A stretch of DNA of 64,000 bases from NCBI GenBank assembly GCA_043228905.1, contig JBHGNT010000018.1, positions 7,874,001-7,938,000 on the forward strand, given 5' to 3'. This document shows, piece by piece, positions 23,712 through 36,591 of this stretch. The notes under the pieces were generated by a model. It had not been told where the DNA came from, made no database searches, and saw only the letters and a list, made by a program, of their open reading frames with translations. A program made the translations under genes and the position numbers. This DNA comes from Azolla caroliniana. Its lineage: Eukaryota > Plantae > Polypodiophyta. Position 1 is the first letter of the stretch, and each line of letters begins with the position of its first letter.

Positions 23712-26700
23712 TTAGTCATCCAAGTAGTAATAAGACCCAGCAGACTTCTGTTCCCTATCCTTCGTGGATTCGAGCTTGTTTATACGAGGTCTAAAATTAG
23801 TTGGGTCCCGTCGGAATGTAATGTCCAAATGCTGAAACCAAAGCAACAGTTTATTTAATAGCAAGTTCCTCATGTGTGAGTATGTACATACCTAAACAAA
23901 CAAACATTAAACTAAATTAAAGGTTCATGAATCTACCGAAAGGAACAAGTTCATTCCAGTCAAGAGACTTTGAGGCGTGTTTGCAACACAATCCACAGAC
24001 GGCTTTCCCTCGTATACAATCACTCTATCAGCCAGATAGGTTGCCATGATGAAATCGTGTTCAACAACGAATGCGGTCTTCTTGGCATGCAAGATGAAAC
24101 GCTTGATAACTTTTGATGCAACAATACGCTGTTCTGAATCAAGATATGCACTCGGCTCGTCGATCAGATATATGTCTGCAGGCTGTTTTTTTCCAACATT
24201 AATTAATTTGGAGACTTGGCAAATATGCTAAACATAAATATAAATGAAAAAGATGATTTACCTTGCCGAGGCAAAGACAAAGAGCAACTCTCTGTAATTC
24301 ACCTCCTGACAAATTCATAACCTTCTGGTCCATCAGTGCTTCTATTTGCAATGGCTTCATGACATCGGTGTTGAATTGTGGATGCATATATGAGTCACGT
24401 ATTTTAGAATGCAAAAGATGACGAACACTGTTCTCAAACTTGGGACTAATCTTCTGTGGTTTGTAAGACACATTAAACTCTGGGATTTCTATATCACCAT
24501 CCTCAACAGTATCTGGCTTAAGCAGTCCAGCCTGAAAAAAACAACTCGTTGAGATATGATTTGATTTAAGCCCTGAGAGATTAAAACCAGTACTCCTTAC
24601 AAAATATCCTTAATAATATATTACATTTGCTCATTGGGGATAAAACCAAAAATATTGAACTCTAAAGAAAAAGATGGCCATACCAGCATGCGGATAAATG
24701 TTGTTTTGCCAGTCCCATTCTCCCCCAACATAACAATAATCTGTGAATCAGTGAATTCTCCCTCCTTTACAGCTAGCTTAAAGTTCCCTTGTGTCTTTGT
24801 CATCGATGGATACTTGTAACGAGCATATGTCCTGATCTCCTCAGCACTTTCCTGAGGAGTCTCTGCAACCTGAAATAATATAGGCAGAACAAGATCAAGG
24901 GATAGCAACTACTTTCATTACTTCCATACAGATACAAAAAAAATTCTTTGTCACCTTGAAGGTAAGAGATTCATCTCGGAAACGCAAATTCTCTGTGGGA
25001 ACAAATCCAGCTAAGAAGATATTAATGCCTTCACGAACTGAAAATGGAAGGGTGACCACTCCATAGGCACCAGGCTTCCCGTACAGACAGCAAATAAAAT
25101 CAGATAAATAATCCAGCACACTCAAATCGTGCTCCACAACTATGACATAACTGCAAAACCACCAGGACTAACAAGAACTTAAAATCAGAGGGAAAAAACA
25201 AATCAGATCCCAAATTTGTAGTATGAACTAGAGAATGATTTTGAGAGTTGCATCATAATATGAGCACATCATGCAAAACCTCTACACAGGAAAAATCATC
25301 CCTACGTTGTTTCTTACATCTCAAGTAGCCACTTATCACGTGATGATATACATCATATAAGTATTCTATGGAAGATATACATTAATAGTTTCATAATATA
25401 TTTCTTCCACATAACTTTCATAGAACAATCCCAATATGAATAAAACTATGAAATTCCCTTCTTTATATAATTGTTCATTCAGTATGATCCTATAATTTAT
25501 TATTCTGTTATGTTATTGGAAAGGTAACTGATTGGCCCTCTGACAAGCACAAGTCAGACTGAAGTGATGGAGACTGAGAAAGTGAAAACCATGTTCAACA
25601 GAAACTGGATCTCATTCAATCAATGGAGAAGGAAAAGTTAGGTTGACCAACTGCGTTCTTGATACATACCAGAGAAGAGCCCTGCTTATGAAGCTTATCA
25701 TTTCTAGAGACTGGGATTTGCAATTTACTTCTGCCTCAAGGCTAGTAACCCATTGTTTGACAACAATGCATTCGCAATCTTTTCATAACCCATTTTTAAT
25801 AGGCTGCAAACAGTAGTGTTTGCGCAAGTGAAAGCAGAAATCAAACTTCAAAAATTTGTATATATATCAGGAGTGTACTTTTGAATTTGCAAACTATCGA
25901 TACTTAGATGATTGTCAAATAGGAGAAATGCTGGAACCAGAAGTGCCCTTTATTAGCCCTTTCTTTCATAATCAAAAGTCTACCCTATTTGTTCAGAACC
26001 CTTCAAGGTATTATCATCAACCATAGTCTATGAGTATCGCTACTTTAGTGTTAACCTGAGTCTAAACCCTTTACTTCTCATTCTAAGGTGCCAGACAATG
26101 TACATATTATAGGTCCTATCTGCAGACTCAACAGACAAGTTTTATGATAGAAATTTGCCAATTGTCAATTACTAGATATTACAACACTAGCCTGATCCAC
26201 CACACAACTAGGGATACTCTACACATATAGATCCTAACCTGTTTGGCCGAAGAAGGGACCTGACCACTTGTGCTGCTTTCAACCGTTGTTTCACATCCAA
26301 GTAGCTTGAGGGCTCATCAAACATGTAGATTTCAGCATGTTGAATTGCCACAACTGCTATGGCAAAACGTTGTAGCTCTCCACCAGAGAGATCACCTACA
26401 TCACGATCCAAAACTTGGATCAAGTCAAGATCATGGCAGAGATCTTCTTTGAGATTCCTTTCATCCTTTTGAGAAAGGACTTCTTGTACATTGCCTTTTA
26501 CTGCCTTTGGAATGTGATCAACATATTGAGGCTTGATGATTGCCTGCAAAAAATGTGAAATTTGGAAACTACCCACAGGAATGTGATTTAGCATGAAGAA
26601 AAAAGTTGTGTCATATGCTCCGTTATGCACATTACCTTTAGGTTATCTTCCAGTATGCGTGTGAAGTAGTTTTGGAGTTCAGATCCTCTGAAGTATGTTA

Positions 26701-29700
26701 AGATTTCTTGCCAATCAGGAGGATTCTGTAAGATATATTGATTTCATGAACCAAAAAGAATGTAATGACATCCACATATTATAAATAAAATATTTTATCA
26801 AGTTTCAAGTAACATTTCTTACTTCAAATCTACCAAGATTTGGTTTCAGTTTGCCAGCCAATACTTTCAATGCAGTTGATTTACCAATACCATTGGTTCC
26901 AACCAAACCTAAAACTTGACCAGGTCGAGGAACAGGCAACCTGAATGGAAGTGCGGCACTATGTTAGAGAAATGCCTATCACTTCATATATTTACCTTTA
27001 TAATCCAAAAGCAATACAATATACATAAATGAATCCGAAAAGAAAATAGAAAAGAAGATTTCATACAAAAAAGAACCTATGACCCCAAGGCAGCGTTGTT
27101 ACAAAGCCTGGACAACAGGTATATCTTCCTTCCTTCAGTAGCCACAATGCTCACGGGTGGTATAGGCTCACACAAAAGCCGAAGAAAAGAGTTTCTAAAT
27201 ACCTCATGACTGTCCCCTTTGTCTGTAGATACAACTCACTTCTACCAGAAGTTAAACAGAGCTTGAAATTGTCTTTCAAGAATCTCTATTATCTGGTCAT
27301 TAATAGGTCACGTTATCCACATTGTGTTTAGTTACAATCTATTCTCCTAGGACCTACATGGAGCTCAAATTTGCATTTCAAGTACTACTGTTTTATCTGA
27401 AGATGCCACAATTGATCTCTCTCTTTAGTTACAATCTAGTTTCTCGCATAACCTACATGAAACTTCAAATCATGTTTCGAGTATTTTGTCTATTACTTGA
27501 TTATTAATATGTCACAAGGGTCCTCTTTTATTTGGTTAAGATCCCAACCATCCAAAACATAACTGAAACTTCAATTTGTGTTCAATTAATACTGCAGTCC
27601 CTAGGCATTTATCCATCAATCTTTATGTGAACAATAGGTGATATCAACCAGTTTTCAGAATGCACTTCTGATAATAAATTGTATTCCTGAATTGAGACGA
27701 TAGATCGTATAAATAACAGAATGCAATCATTGTTTAATAATGATGTACTTAGAACATATCAAAAAACTTAAAGCTTGTTAAAAATAATATATGCCTACCT
27801 GTGAAGTTTGAACGAATTTGGTCCATAGCGATGAGTTGTATCTTTATCTAAATCTTTTGGCAAATTGATTATTTGAATAGCTTCAAAAGGACATTTCTGC
27901 AATAATTTCCCAAGTTAGATAAAGGGCAGACAGAACACACATTCTATTATATTGAATACATGCTCTAAATTTCCTGGAAAACCCTCAATTCTGAAAATGA
28001 TAATACTATTCACAAAATGGTGGATGTTCTGTATATTTAATGATCCTCCCAAAAATTACCTTGACACAGATACCGCACCCAATGCACAATTCCTCGGAGA
28101 TAAAAGCTATTTTAGAAGCAGGTGACACTTCAATGCATAATTTCCCTGTATGTTAACACTTGAACTATCAGAAACATGGGTGCATTGAAACACATCCAGA
28201 AATTTGAATTAATTATGCCAAAAAAATGTGAGTTCAATGGCATTGTAGACCTTATACAAATGAAGTCCTGTCATACCAGGGCATAGTCATTATAGAACCT
28301 ATAACGATCTTGCCAGCTAGCATGCATACGCAGTTTTTCTAACATGTGCTACTAATTCGTAAGATTAATAAGCTGCAGAACTTCCATGTTATCAAATTTT
28401 TACATAGCATAACCATGTTTCCTGACACATTCTGAATCCTGCATATGGAGAGCTTGAGGCTTAAAAGAGTCTCATCAGAAACTCCCATGAGCTTCAATGT
28501 TTCCTGACTTTTACTAATTCCGCAGATGGTGAAAATTGAATGAATCTCATCAAGGAGCACAGATGATCTTTGACAAAATATACGTAATCAAGCCCCCTGT
28601 AGAGACATAAGACCTATAAATAGCTGTGAATACAAATGTCAAATATTCTAGTTTTAGGTAGCTAATATGCAACCGAATTTTCTTATTTCCTCATAACAAG
28701 TACTCTGGAATTATATCTTATAACTAGCAGAATCCATGGCTAGAGCTTCCAAAAGCATGTTCTGACAGCCAATGTTCCTATTTCCACATAATCCCTATGG
28801 TACAAACCTCCACATACGAGAAAGCACAGAACTTTGGAAATCCTGATTGCAGAAAAATAATTCCTGTTCTACATAACTAATAAGGTAAGAATCATCGTAT
28901 TAAGCGAAATTCGAAGCAGTAAACAGATTTCCAAAATCTTGGTTTCAGCTAAACCTATAAATTTCCTACACAATCAATAGGCTAGTTATTCAAACCCCAA
29001 AGGACCATGTCTCGAATTTCCAAAAGTTTGTGTTCACAGTTTCCAATTACTACAGCACAAACCTTTTTGCATTACATAAATGCAAATTAGAATTTCAAAG
29101 CAACTACTTGAACAGCCAAATCTCCAAGAGCACTTGGCTAGAAACCTCAAAACACGCTGGCATAAAAAAATCATGATGACAAACGCACTAAGCAGATAAG
29201 AAAACTTCCAATTATACATACTCAAAAAAGTCCTGGATAATGCTTGCATGCCTCCTACTTTAACTAGTACACTAGAAACCTGGTTAATACCCTTTTTATT
29301 TTACATTTTTATAGGGGCCATGACTAAGATTCTTAGAATCTTGATTGCACACACTACTATTTCTCTAGATTGTGCATAGCAAGCTCAAAAACTTCGGTTC
29401 TAGCATTATTCAAAAGTATGCACAGATTCCAAGATAACTAGTAGTTACTTCCAAATAGAAGCAGCTTCCAACATAATTAATTGTACAAACCTTGTTGCAT
29501 TACATAAACTCAAAGTAGAATTTCAAAGCAACTAATTGTACAGCCAAATATTTATGTTTCATACATAATTAGTAAACTCAAACTGTGTATTATACAAATC
29601 TCCCAGAGTACTTGGCTAGAAACCTCAAAACACGCCAGCATAAAAAAATCAACATGACAAACAAACGCAATAAGTAGATAAGGAACCTTCCAATTATACA

Positions 29701-30537
29701 TACTCAAAAAAGTCCTGGATAATGCTTTTGCCTCCTACTTTAACTAGTATGTTAGAAACCTGGATAATACCCTTGATATTTTACATTTTTACAGGAGCCA
29801 TGACTAAGATTCTAAGAATCTTGCTTGCACACACTAATCTTTATCTAGATTGTGCACAGCATGCGAAAAAACTCCATATCTAGCATTATTCAAAAGTATG
29901 CACAGATTCCACGATAACTAGTGGTTACTTCCAAATAGAAACATCTTCCAACATAACTTATAGTTATTCAAAAGCCGTAATTCTCAGAGAACTTCCATAA
30001 TACACAATTATTCCTGCAGGTCTTCCATAAAGTGGACATGGTTAGAATCGTCAAAAGCATGATTATTGCACGGATTCCTACATAACTGCATGCTATAAAT
30101 GCGGAGAGAAACCTTTGTATTAAGAAAAATTAAAGGAACAGTGTCTGGTACAGTAAAATCTTGCATTCACTGAAAAAACTTCCTGTGGATCGCTTGCATT
30201 AAGGTCAGTATGTTATAAATCTCACATAAAAGCATGTCTGACACAGTTTCATATCTAGAACACTATCTTATTGGAAATCATTCACGGCTAAAGGTGCTAA
30301 AATCATGCTTTCACATGCAAAACTTCCGGTGGATAGGCCAGGCTATGGAAAGAAACCTTCTAGAAGGGATCTAAAACTGGAACAGATGAAAGAGATACAG
30401 ACAGAGTGAAAGAGGGAAAGGAAGGAACGCAGACCTGTTTTGACGACGGGACAGCTCTTTTTGCATTCCTGGCGGCATTTCTTGGGTTTGCAGCGGTCAG
30501 AGCTAACGATGGCGATACGAGTGAGACGATCAGACAT
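23712..30537 (-). CDS. ABCE1: ABC transporter E family member / RNase L inhibitor (ribosome recycling factor), 605 aa, 11 exons
   Basis: Exons 30537-30435, 28145-28060, 27896-27799, 26940-26823, 26725-26636, 26543-26239, 25150-24955, 24869-24684, 24531-24262, 24182-23937, 23831-23712. All introns GT-AG; total 1818 nt. Fe-S motif [15 protein letters not shown], Walker [10 protein letters not shown] and GENGTGKTT, two LSGGELQR, C-terminus GSYYYLDD*. Confidence 0.97.
29040..29965. repeat. Old tandem duplication (~480-bp period) in ABCE1 intron 1
   Basis: 29118-29480 closely matches 29596-29960; 29041-29120 resembles 29465-29548. Confidence 0.8.
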
Positions 30538-30560
30538 GGTTGGCTCGTGCGTCGGTGTAC

Positions 30561-30577
30561 TTTTAGGGTTAGGGTTT
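30561..30577 (-). promoter_or_regulatory. Telo-box in the ABCE1 5' UTR
   Basis: AAACCCTAACCCTAAAA ~25-40 nt before the ATG; telo-boxes are typical of plant translation-machinery genes. Confidence 0.6.
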
Positions 30578-30621
30578 ACGGCCTTCTGATCTTCTCTGCC
30601 TCTCTGCGTGTGCCGCGCGCC

Positions 30622-30642
30622 GACGAAGAAGAAGAAAGAGAA

Positions 30643-30674
<32 letters not shown>

Positions 30675-30770
30675 GGGGGGAGAACACAGCCCAGCCCTCG
30701 TCCAACGTGTCCACCGCCCTGACACGCGGCACACTCGTCCGACGTGGCCGCCGCCCTGACACGTGGCGTC
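30622..30770 (-). promoter_or_regulatory. ABCE1 proximal promoter/leader: CT-rich tract and ACGT G-box-like sites
   Basis: (GA)n and G run at 30640-30680; GACGTGGC and CACGTGGC at ~30741-30768. Confidence 0.45.
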
Positions 30771-32133
30771 CATCGTCAATGTGAAGCATTCGAAAGTCGT
30801 ATTTTTGTTCTTTTCCTTCATTACATTTCTGGCAACCCTCCCTCCAAAGCCGAAATGAAAGGCCATGTGCAAGTCAAAAAATGCCTTGCGTGATCATGTG
30901 GGGGTAAAACTTATTTCTTGTAATCTGTAGGTTATATATTCAGCTTTAAAGCTTCTATAAATGTTATCTTTATGGTCATAGTATGAACCATACATACCAT
31001 ACGTGCATTCACGTAAGAAAAACACCCTCGAAGAATGATAAATACCATACTTTTGGATTAACCCTAAACATTAAAAAAATGGGAAAAAAACAATAAAAAA
31101 ACACAAGAATGTTTGAATAACATTCACATTCGTTTTCCAACGTATGAAAACGAATGTTATGCTAGACAAACACGAATTTTACGTACTATGTAAATTATGG
31201 TTGCTTGGTGTTACCAAGTGGTTGGAGATTTTAGTTTTAGATGACCCCAACTATTCGAAACAATTGTATTAATTTATTAAAGAGCGTGATAATACAAAAC
31301 TCAAGGAGCAACACCTCGTGAGAAAATGCCATGTAGGCAATGTTTATGGCTACATCCAATAAACTCACAAGGATACATTCTAACTATAATAATTTGTGGA
31401 AATATGTGTGGTTGTTGATGTAAGTAGGAAACACTAAAGCAAAAACCCAAGTGTAAACCCAATAAGCCCAAATGTATGTATCAAGAACATTGGGCGTAAA
31501 GGGACATGCTTATACTTCATTGGTGTTTGTGATCATGTGCAATGATAGAGACCGAGCCCTCATGTGCAGGGTTTTCTGCCTACTATTGTGAACAATGAAG
31601 CCACCATCTCCAATGTTCTCAATTGAATTTGTCCTCTTCGATAATACATTCCAAGCGCTCGGTGATTTCGATCACCATGAATGGGAATGCCATTTTTTAC
31701 CTGTGAGAAGTCAATCGCATGACATTGTTATGTGAGAGAACCTAACATAAATCTGCACGTCCATGGGAATGATAACCTAGTGCTCTTGTAGTGAGAACAA
31801 CACATAAGCTCAACCACCCTTTTCCAGGGTCATCATCACTACAAATCTTCCTTACTTCATAGAGGTTGATTATAGTTCCAAACAAAGCCTTGTTGACTTA
31901 TGGCTCGCTCCAATGCGTTTTCGATCGACACCAAGTAAACTCGTTCTTTGTAATACTGGGAGCAATGAAAAAGACCTTATTGATACATTCCCTTGTTTGA
32001 CAATCGTTCATAAGCAAGACATATATGTAGGGTGACGAATTGGATGATCGCAACTCGCGAGACCATTTTTCATTTTTCCATGATTCAACGTTGGAATTTC
32101 TTTTGATCATATTGTTGTATGTGCATAACTATT

Positions 32134-32135
<2 letters not shown>

Positions 32136-32175
<40 letters not shown>
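32136..32175. repeat. (GA)n microsatellite
   Basis: About 20 perfect GA units. Confidence 0.95.
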
Positions 32176-32178
<3 letters not shown>

Positions 32179-35100
32179 GTGTGAGATACAGAGAAATATT
32201 GTTGTAACCACCGGTTGGCGTAGATACACACCATTAGGTCGTTGCCTCCGAGGCTCTGAGTGTACCTTTCCAAAGACAAGTTTAGTCCCGGCAAGTATGC
32301 ATTAGAGATGATGGAATGTCCACGGCTAAGGGGGAATAGAAAGAGGAAAAGAAATATTCGTAGTACTTCATGCCTAGACATTGATGACGTAGATATTATT
32401 GTTTACGACTTCACACTAACAAAAGCTGGATATCATCAAGGAGAAATTACCTATTCTACAAGGGGTCTCAAGTCGAAGGCAAACAAGATCGTCAACACAT
32501 AACATGGAATGTCAACATCTAGTTTTAACTAAAGACAATGTCGTAATAGGTACATCCGAAGATGACGAGGAACAATCCGCATTGTATATTAGTTATAGTA
32601 GCGACTCTGGATCATGATATGAGTGATTTTTGTAAATGTTACACTCATCAATGTAATTTTGGTATCTATTGTAAGAGAGTGCCGTTTGTAATACTAGAAA
32701 GATGTAAAAGTTATATTTAGTAATATTATTGCTTTGTACAAACATTTTTTGTTATAAAATACATTAGTTCTTGACTTCTCAGTGTTAGTGAACATTGTAC
32801 CATTTGGATTATACCATAATTTTAGCATTTTCTCAAGTTTAGGAAATGATAAATTTTTGAGGTTTTCCAACGGTATTTTGAGAACAAGTGATACTGGTAT
32901 CATTATGTTTTGTGAATAGAGTGCCTAAACCCCAAAATTAGAAGCAATATTTCTTATCCTTCTATTTTGGCGCAATCCTTCCACATCTGAATGCAAACGT
33001 GTCATCAATGGTCATTTTTTCAATTGCACTAGGAAGGGGTCGAACCTTCGGACTTCTGCTTAAGAAAAAGGAGCTCTATCCATTGAGCTACAAGTGCGCA
33101 ATCCTTAATGCAAAAGAAAGGGTCGATGATCCTCTTAATTCTTCTAATTACTAATCAATGCATCTAAGTTCATGAATAATTAATCAATTTATGTGAAATG
33201 CTTAATTAAATCTCACAAATGAATCATCGTAATCTATTTTTGAGGAAGCACTAAACATCTATACGAGTCTCTAAATGCAAAATACCTCATTCATTTTGGT
33301 TACTTGGGACCCATCACACTATGGCTTTTTGCTTCCATGGTAAGCCCTTAATGTATGATACAACGCTAGAGTTTTGCAGTTGTTTGGTTCTAGAGTCACT
33401 TGTACATTGTGAAAATTTGTTTTCACTATACGAGACCATAAATGTGGAGTATCTTAGTATTGTTCCGCACATGAGATAGATGAAACCTCGATATTCGACA
33501 CATAAACCCATTCCACTCTTGTGAATAGAAATGAGATTTTTGATCATTATTTCAATCGCACTAGGAAGGGGTCGAACCTTCAACCTTCTACTTAGAAAAT
33601 AGATGCTCTATCCAATGAGCTACAAGTGCAAAATCCTTGCTACAAAAGAAAGGGTCGATGATCTTAGTAATTCTTCTAATTACTAATCAATGCATCTGAA
33701 TTGATGAATAAATAATCAATTTATGTGAAATGCTTAATTAAAGCTCACAAATGAATCATCTTAATCGATTTTTGAGGAAGTACTAAACATCTATACAAGT
33801 CTCTAAATGCAAAATACCTCATTCATTTTGGTTACTTAGGACCCATCACACTCTAACTTGTTGCTTCCATGGTAAACCCTTAATGCATAATACAAAAGTA
33901 GAGTTTTGCATTTGTTGGGTCCTAGAGCCACTTGTAGTTTGTGAAAATTTGATTTCACTATACGAGAGCATAAATCTGGAGTATCTTAGTATTGTTACGC
34001 ACATGAGATTGGTTAAAGCTCGATCTTCGACACATAAACCAATTCTAGTCTTGTGAACCCAAATGATAGTTTTGAACATTATTTGAATCGCACTAAGAAG
34101 GGGTCGAACCTTCGACCTTTTGCTTAGGAACCAGACACTCTATCCACTAAGCTACAAGTGCAATATCCTTGCTATACAAGAAAGGATCGACGATCCTATT
34201 AATTCTTCTTATTACTAATTAGTGCATCTGAGTTGACAAATAAATAATCAATTTATGTGAAATGATTAATTAAAGCTCACAAATGAATCATCGTAATCGA
34301 TATTTGACGAAGTACTAAAAATCTATACAAGTCTCTAAATGGAAGATACCTCATTCCCTTTGGTTACTTGGGACCAAAACCACTATTACTTTTTGCTTCC
34401 ATGGTAAACCCTTCATGCATAATACAACAGTAGAGTTTTGCATCTGTTGGGTCCTAGAGGCACTTGTAGTTTGTAAAAATTTGATATCACTATACGAGAC
34501 CATAAATGTGGAGTATCTTAGTATCATTATGCACATGGGATTGGTTAAACCTCTATCTTCGACACATAAAGCAATTCCAGTGTTGTGAACCCAAATGACA
34601 TTTTTGATCATTATTTCAATCTAACTAGGAAGGGGTCGAACCTTCGGCCTTCTACTTAGGAAATAGATGCTCTATCCACTGAGCTACAAGTGCAAAATCC
34701 TTGCTACAAAAGTAAAGGGTTGATGATCCTATTAATTCTTTTAATTACTAATCAATTTATGAATCATCATAATTGATTTTTTAGGAAGTACTAAACATCT
34801 AGCACATAAGCCACATCCAGCGTTGTGAGTACAAAGGACATGAATGGTCATTTTTTCAATCTAACTAGGAAGGAGTCGAACCTTCGGTTTTCTGCTTGAG
34901 AAACAGACGCTCTATCCACTAAGCTACAAGTGCGAAATCCTTGCTACAAAAGAAAGGATTGACGATCCTATTAATTCTTGTAATTACTAATCAATGCATC
35001 TGAGTTGACGAATAAATAATCAATTTATGTAAAATGATTAATTAAAGCTCACAAATGAATCATCGTAATCGATTTTTGAGGAAGTACTAATCATCTATAC

Positions 35101-36254
35101 GATTCTCTAAATGAAAAATACCTCATTCATTTTGGTTACTTGGGACCCATGACACTATATCTTTTTGCTTCCATGGTAAACCCTTAATGCATAATACAAA
35201 AGTAGAGTTTTGCATTTGTTGGGTCCTAGAGCCACTTGTAGTTTGTGAAAATTTGATTTCACTATACGAGACCATAAATGTGGAGTATCTTAGTATCATT
35301 ATGCACATGAGATTGGTTAAACATCCATCTTCAACACATAAACCAGTTCTAGTCTTGTGAATACAAATGACATTTCTGATCATTATTTAAATCGCACTAG
35401 GAAAGGGTCGAACCTTCGGCCATCTTCTTAGGAAATAGACGCTCTATCCACTGAGCGACAAGTGCGATATCCTTGCTCCAAAAGAAAGGATCAATGATCG
35501 TATTAATTCTTCTAATTACTAATCAGTGCATCTAAGTTGACGAATAAATAATCAATTTATGTGAAATGATTAATTAAACCACAGAAATGAATCATCGTAA
35601 TCGATAATTGACGAAGTACTAAAACTCTATACGAGTCTCTAAATGGAAAATACCTCATTCCCTATGGTTACTTGGGACCAAAAACACTATAACTTTTTGC
35701 TTCCATGGTAAACCCGTCATGCATAATACAATAGTAAAGTTTTGCATTTGTTAGGTCCTAGAGCCACTTATTGTTTGTAAAAATTGATTTCACTATACGA
35801 GACCATAAATGTGGAGTATCTTAGTATTGTTACGCATATGAGATTGGTTAAACCTCGATCTTCGACACATAAACCAATTCCAGTCTTGTGAACCCAAATG
35901 AGATTTCTGATCATTATTTCAATCGCTCTTGGAAAGGGTTGAACCTTCGGCCTTCTGCTTAGGAAACAAACACTCTATCCACTAAGTTACAAGTGCGAAA
36001 TCCTTGCTAAAAAAAAAAGGGTCGATGATCCTTGTTGTGACCGTAGCTTCGTTACAAGTAGTGCTAGCGAACTAGCACAACCATTGAGATAATATGGGAA
36101 GAGTATGAAAAGAAATAAAGCAATGATGCAAGTGAAACTAAGGTGAGTAGGATTAGAGGTGAACAAGTGTAAAAGAGAATGAGAGAATTAGATGAAAGAA
36201 GAAGAGAAGAGTGAGTGAGAAAAAAAGAAAAGCTTAAGAAATTTTCATTAGAAA

Positions 36255-36306
36255 GACCTTGTGCAAACTAGTTTCGCTCTAGGTAGAGCTCATCAGTGCC
36301 AAGGTC
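36255..36306 (-). ncRNA. Minimal type I hammerhead ribozyme (3' pLTR)
   Basis: GACCTTGGCA-CTGATGA-GCTCT-ACCT-AGAGC-GAAAC-TA-GTT-TGCACAAGGTC: intact core, 5-bp stem II, palindromic CTAG stem III, 10-bp stem I with one bulge. Confidence 0.88.
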
Positions 36307-36591
36307 ATTTACAACAAGAGGGTAGGTTTGTATAGGGGGAAGAGAGAGAGAGCGAGAGAGATAGGAGTTTAATGAGGGGAGAGAGGGAAACGGGGAATCG
36401 TGATAGGCAAAGCATTGATTAGTGAAAGTGGTTATATGTATGTATATGATAAGTGATAGGTGGGGGTGGGGGTGGGCTCTAAGAAGAGGGGGATTATAGG
36501 GGTAGGATATAAAAGGAATATAGTATTAAGTGAGAGTATTTATGGATTTATATTTAGTTTTGATGAGAAGGGAATGCATGGACTTAGACTT

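Noticed and set aside
30561-30577. Interstitial telomere
   Set aside because: Only about two units, in a 5' UTR; better explained as a telo-box
30343-30789. 148-aa ORF as an N-terminally extended ABCE1
   Set aside because: The extension runs through microsatellite and G-run sequence from a non-ATG start; the conserved protein begins at [11 protein letters not shown] (30537)
31460-32510. Possible coding relic upstream of ABCE1 (ORFs 31898-32110, 32260-32502)
   Set aside because: No recognisable motif and multiple stops; cannot be assigned without a database search
36031-36370. Direct repeats as true LTRs of an LTR retrotransposon
   Set aside because: No PBS, PPT or TSD; the RT is PLE-type and the repeats contain hammerheads, so they are pseudo-LTRs
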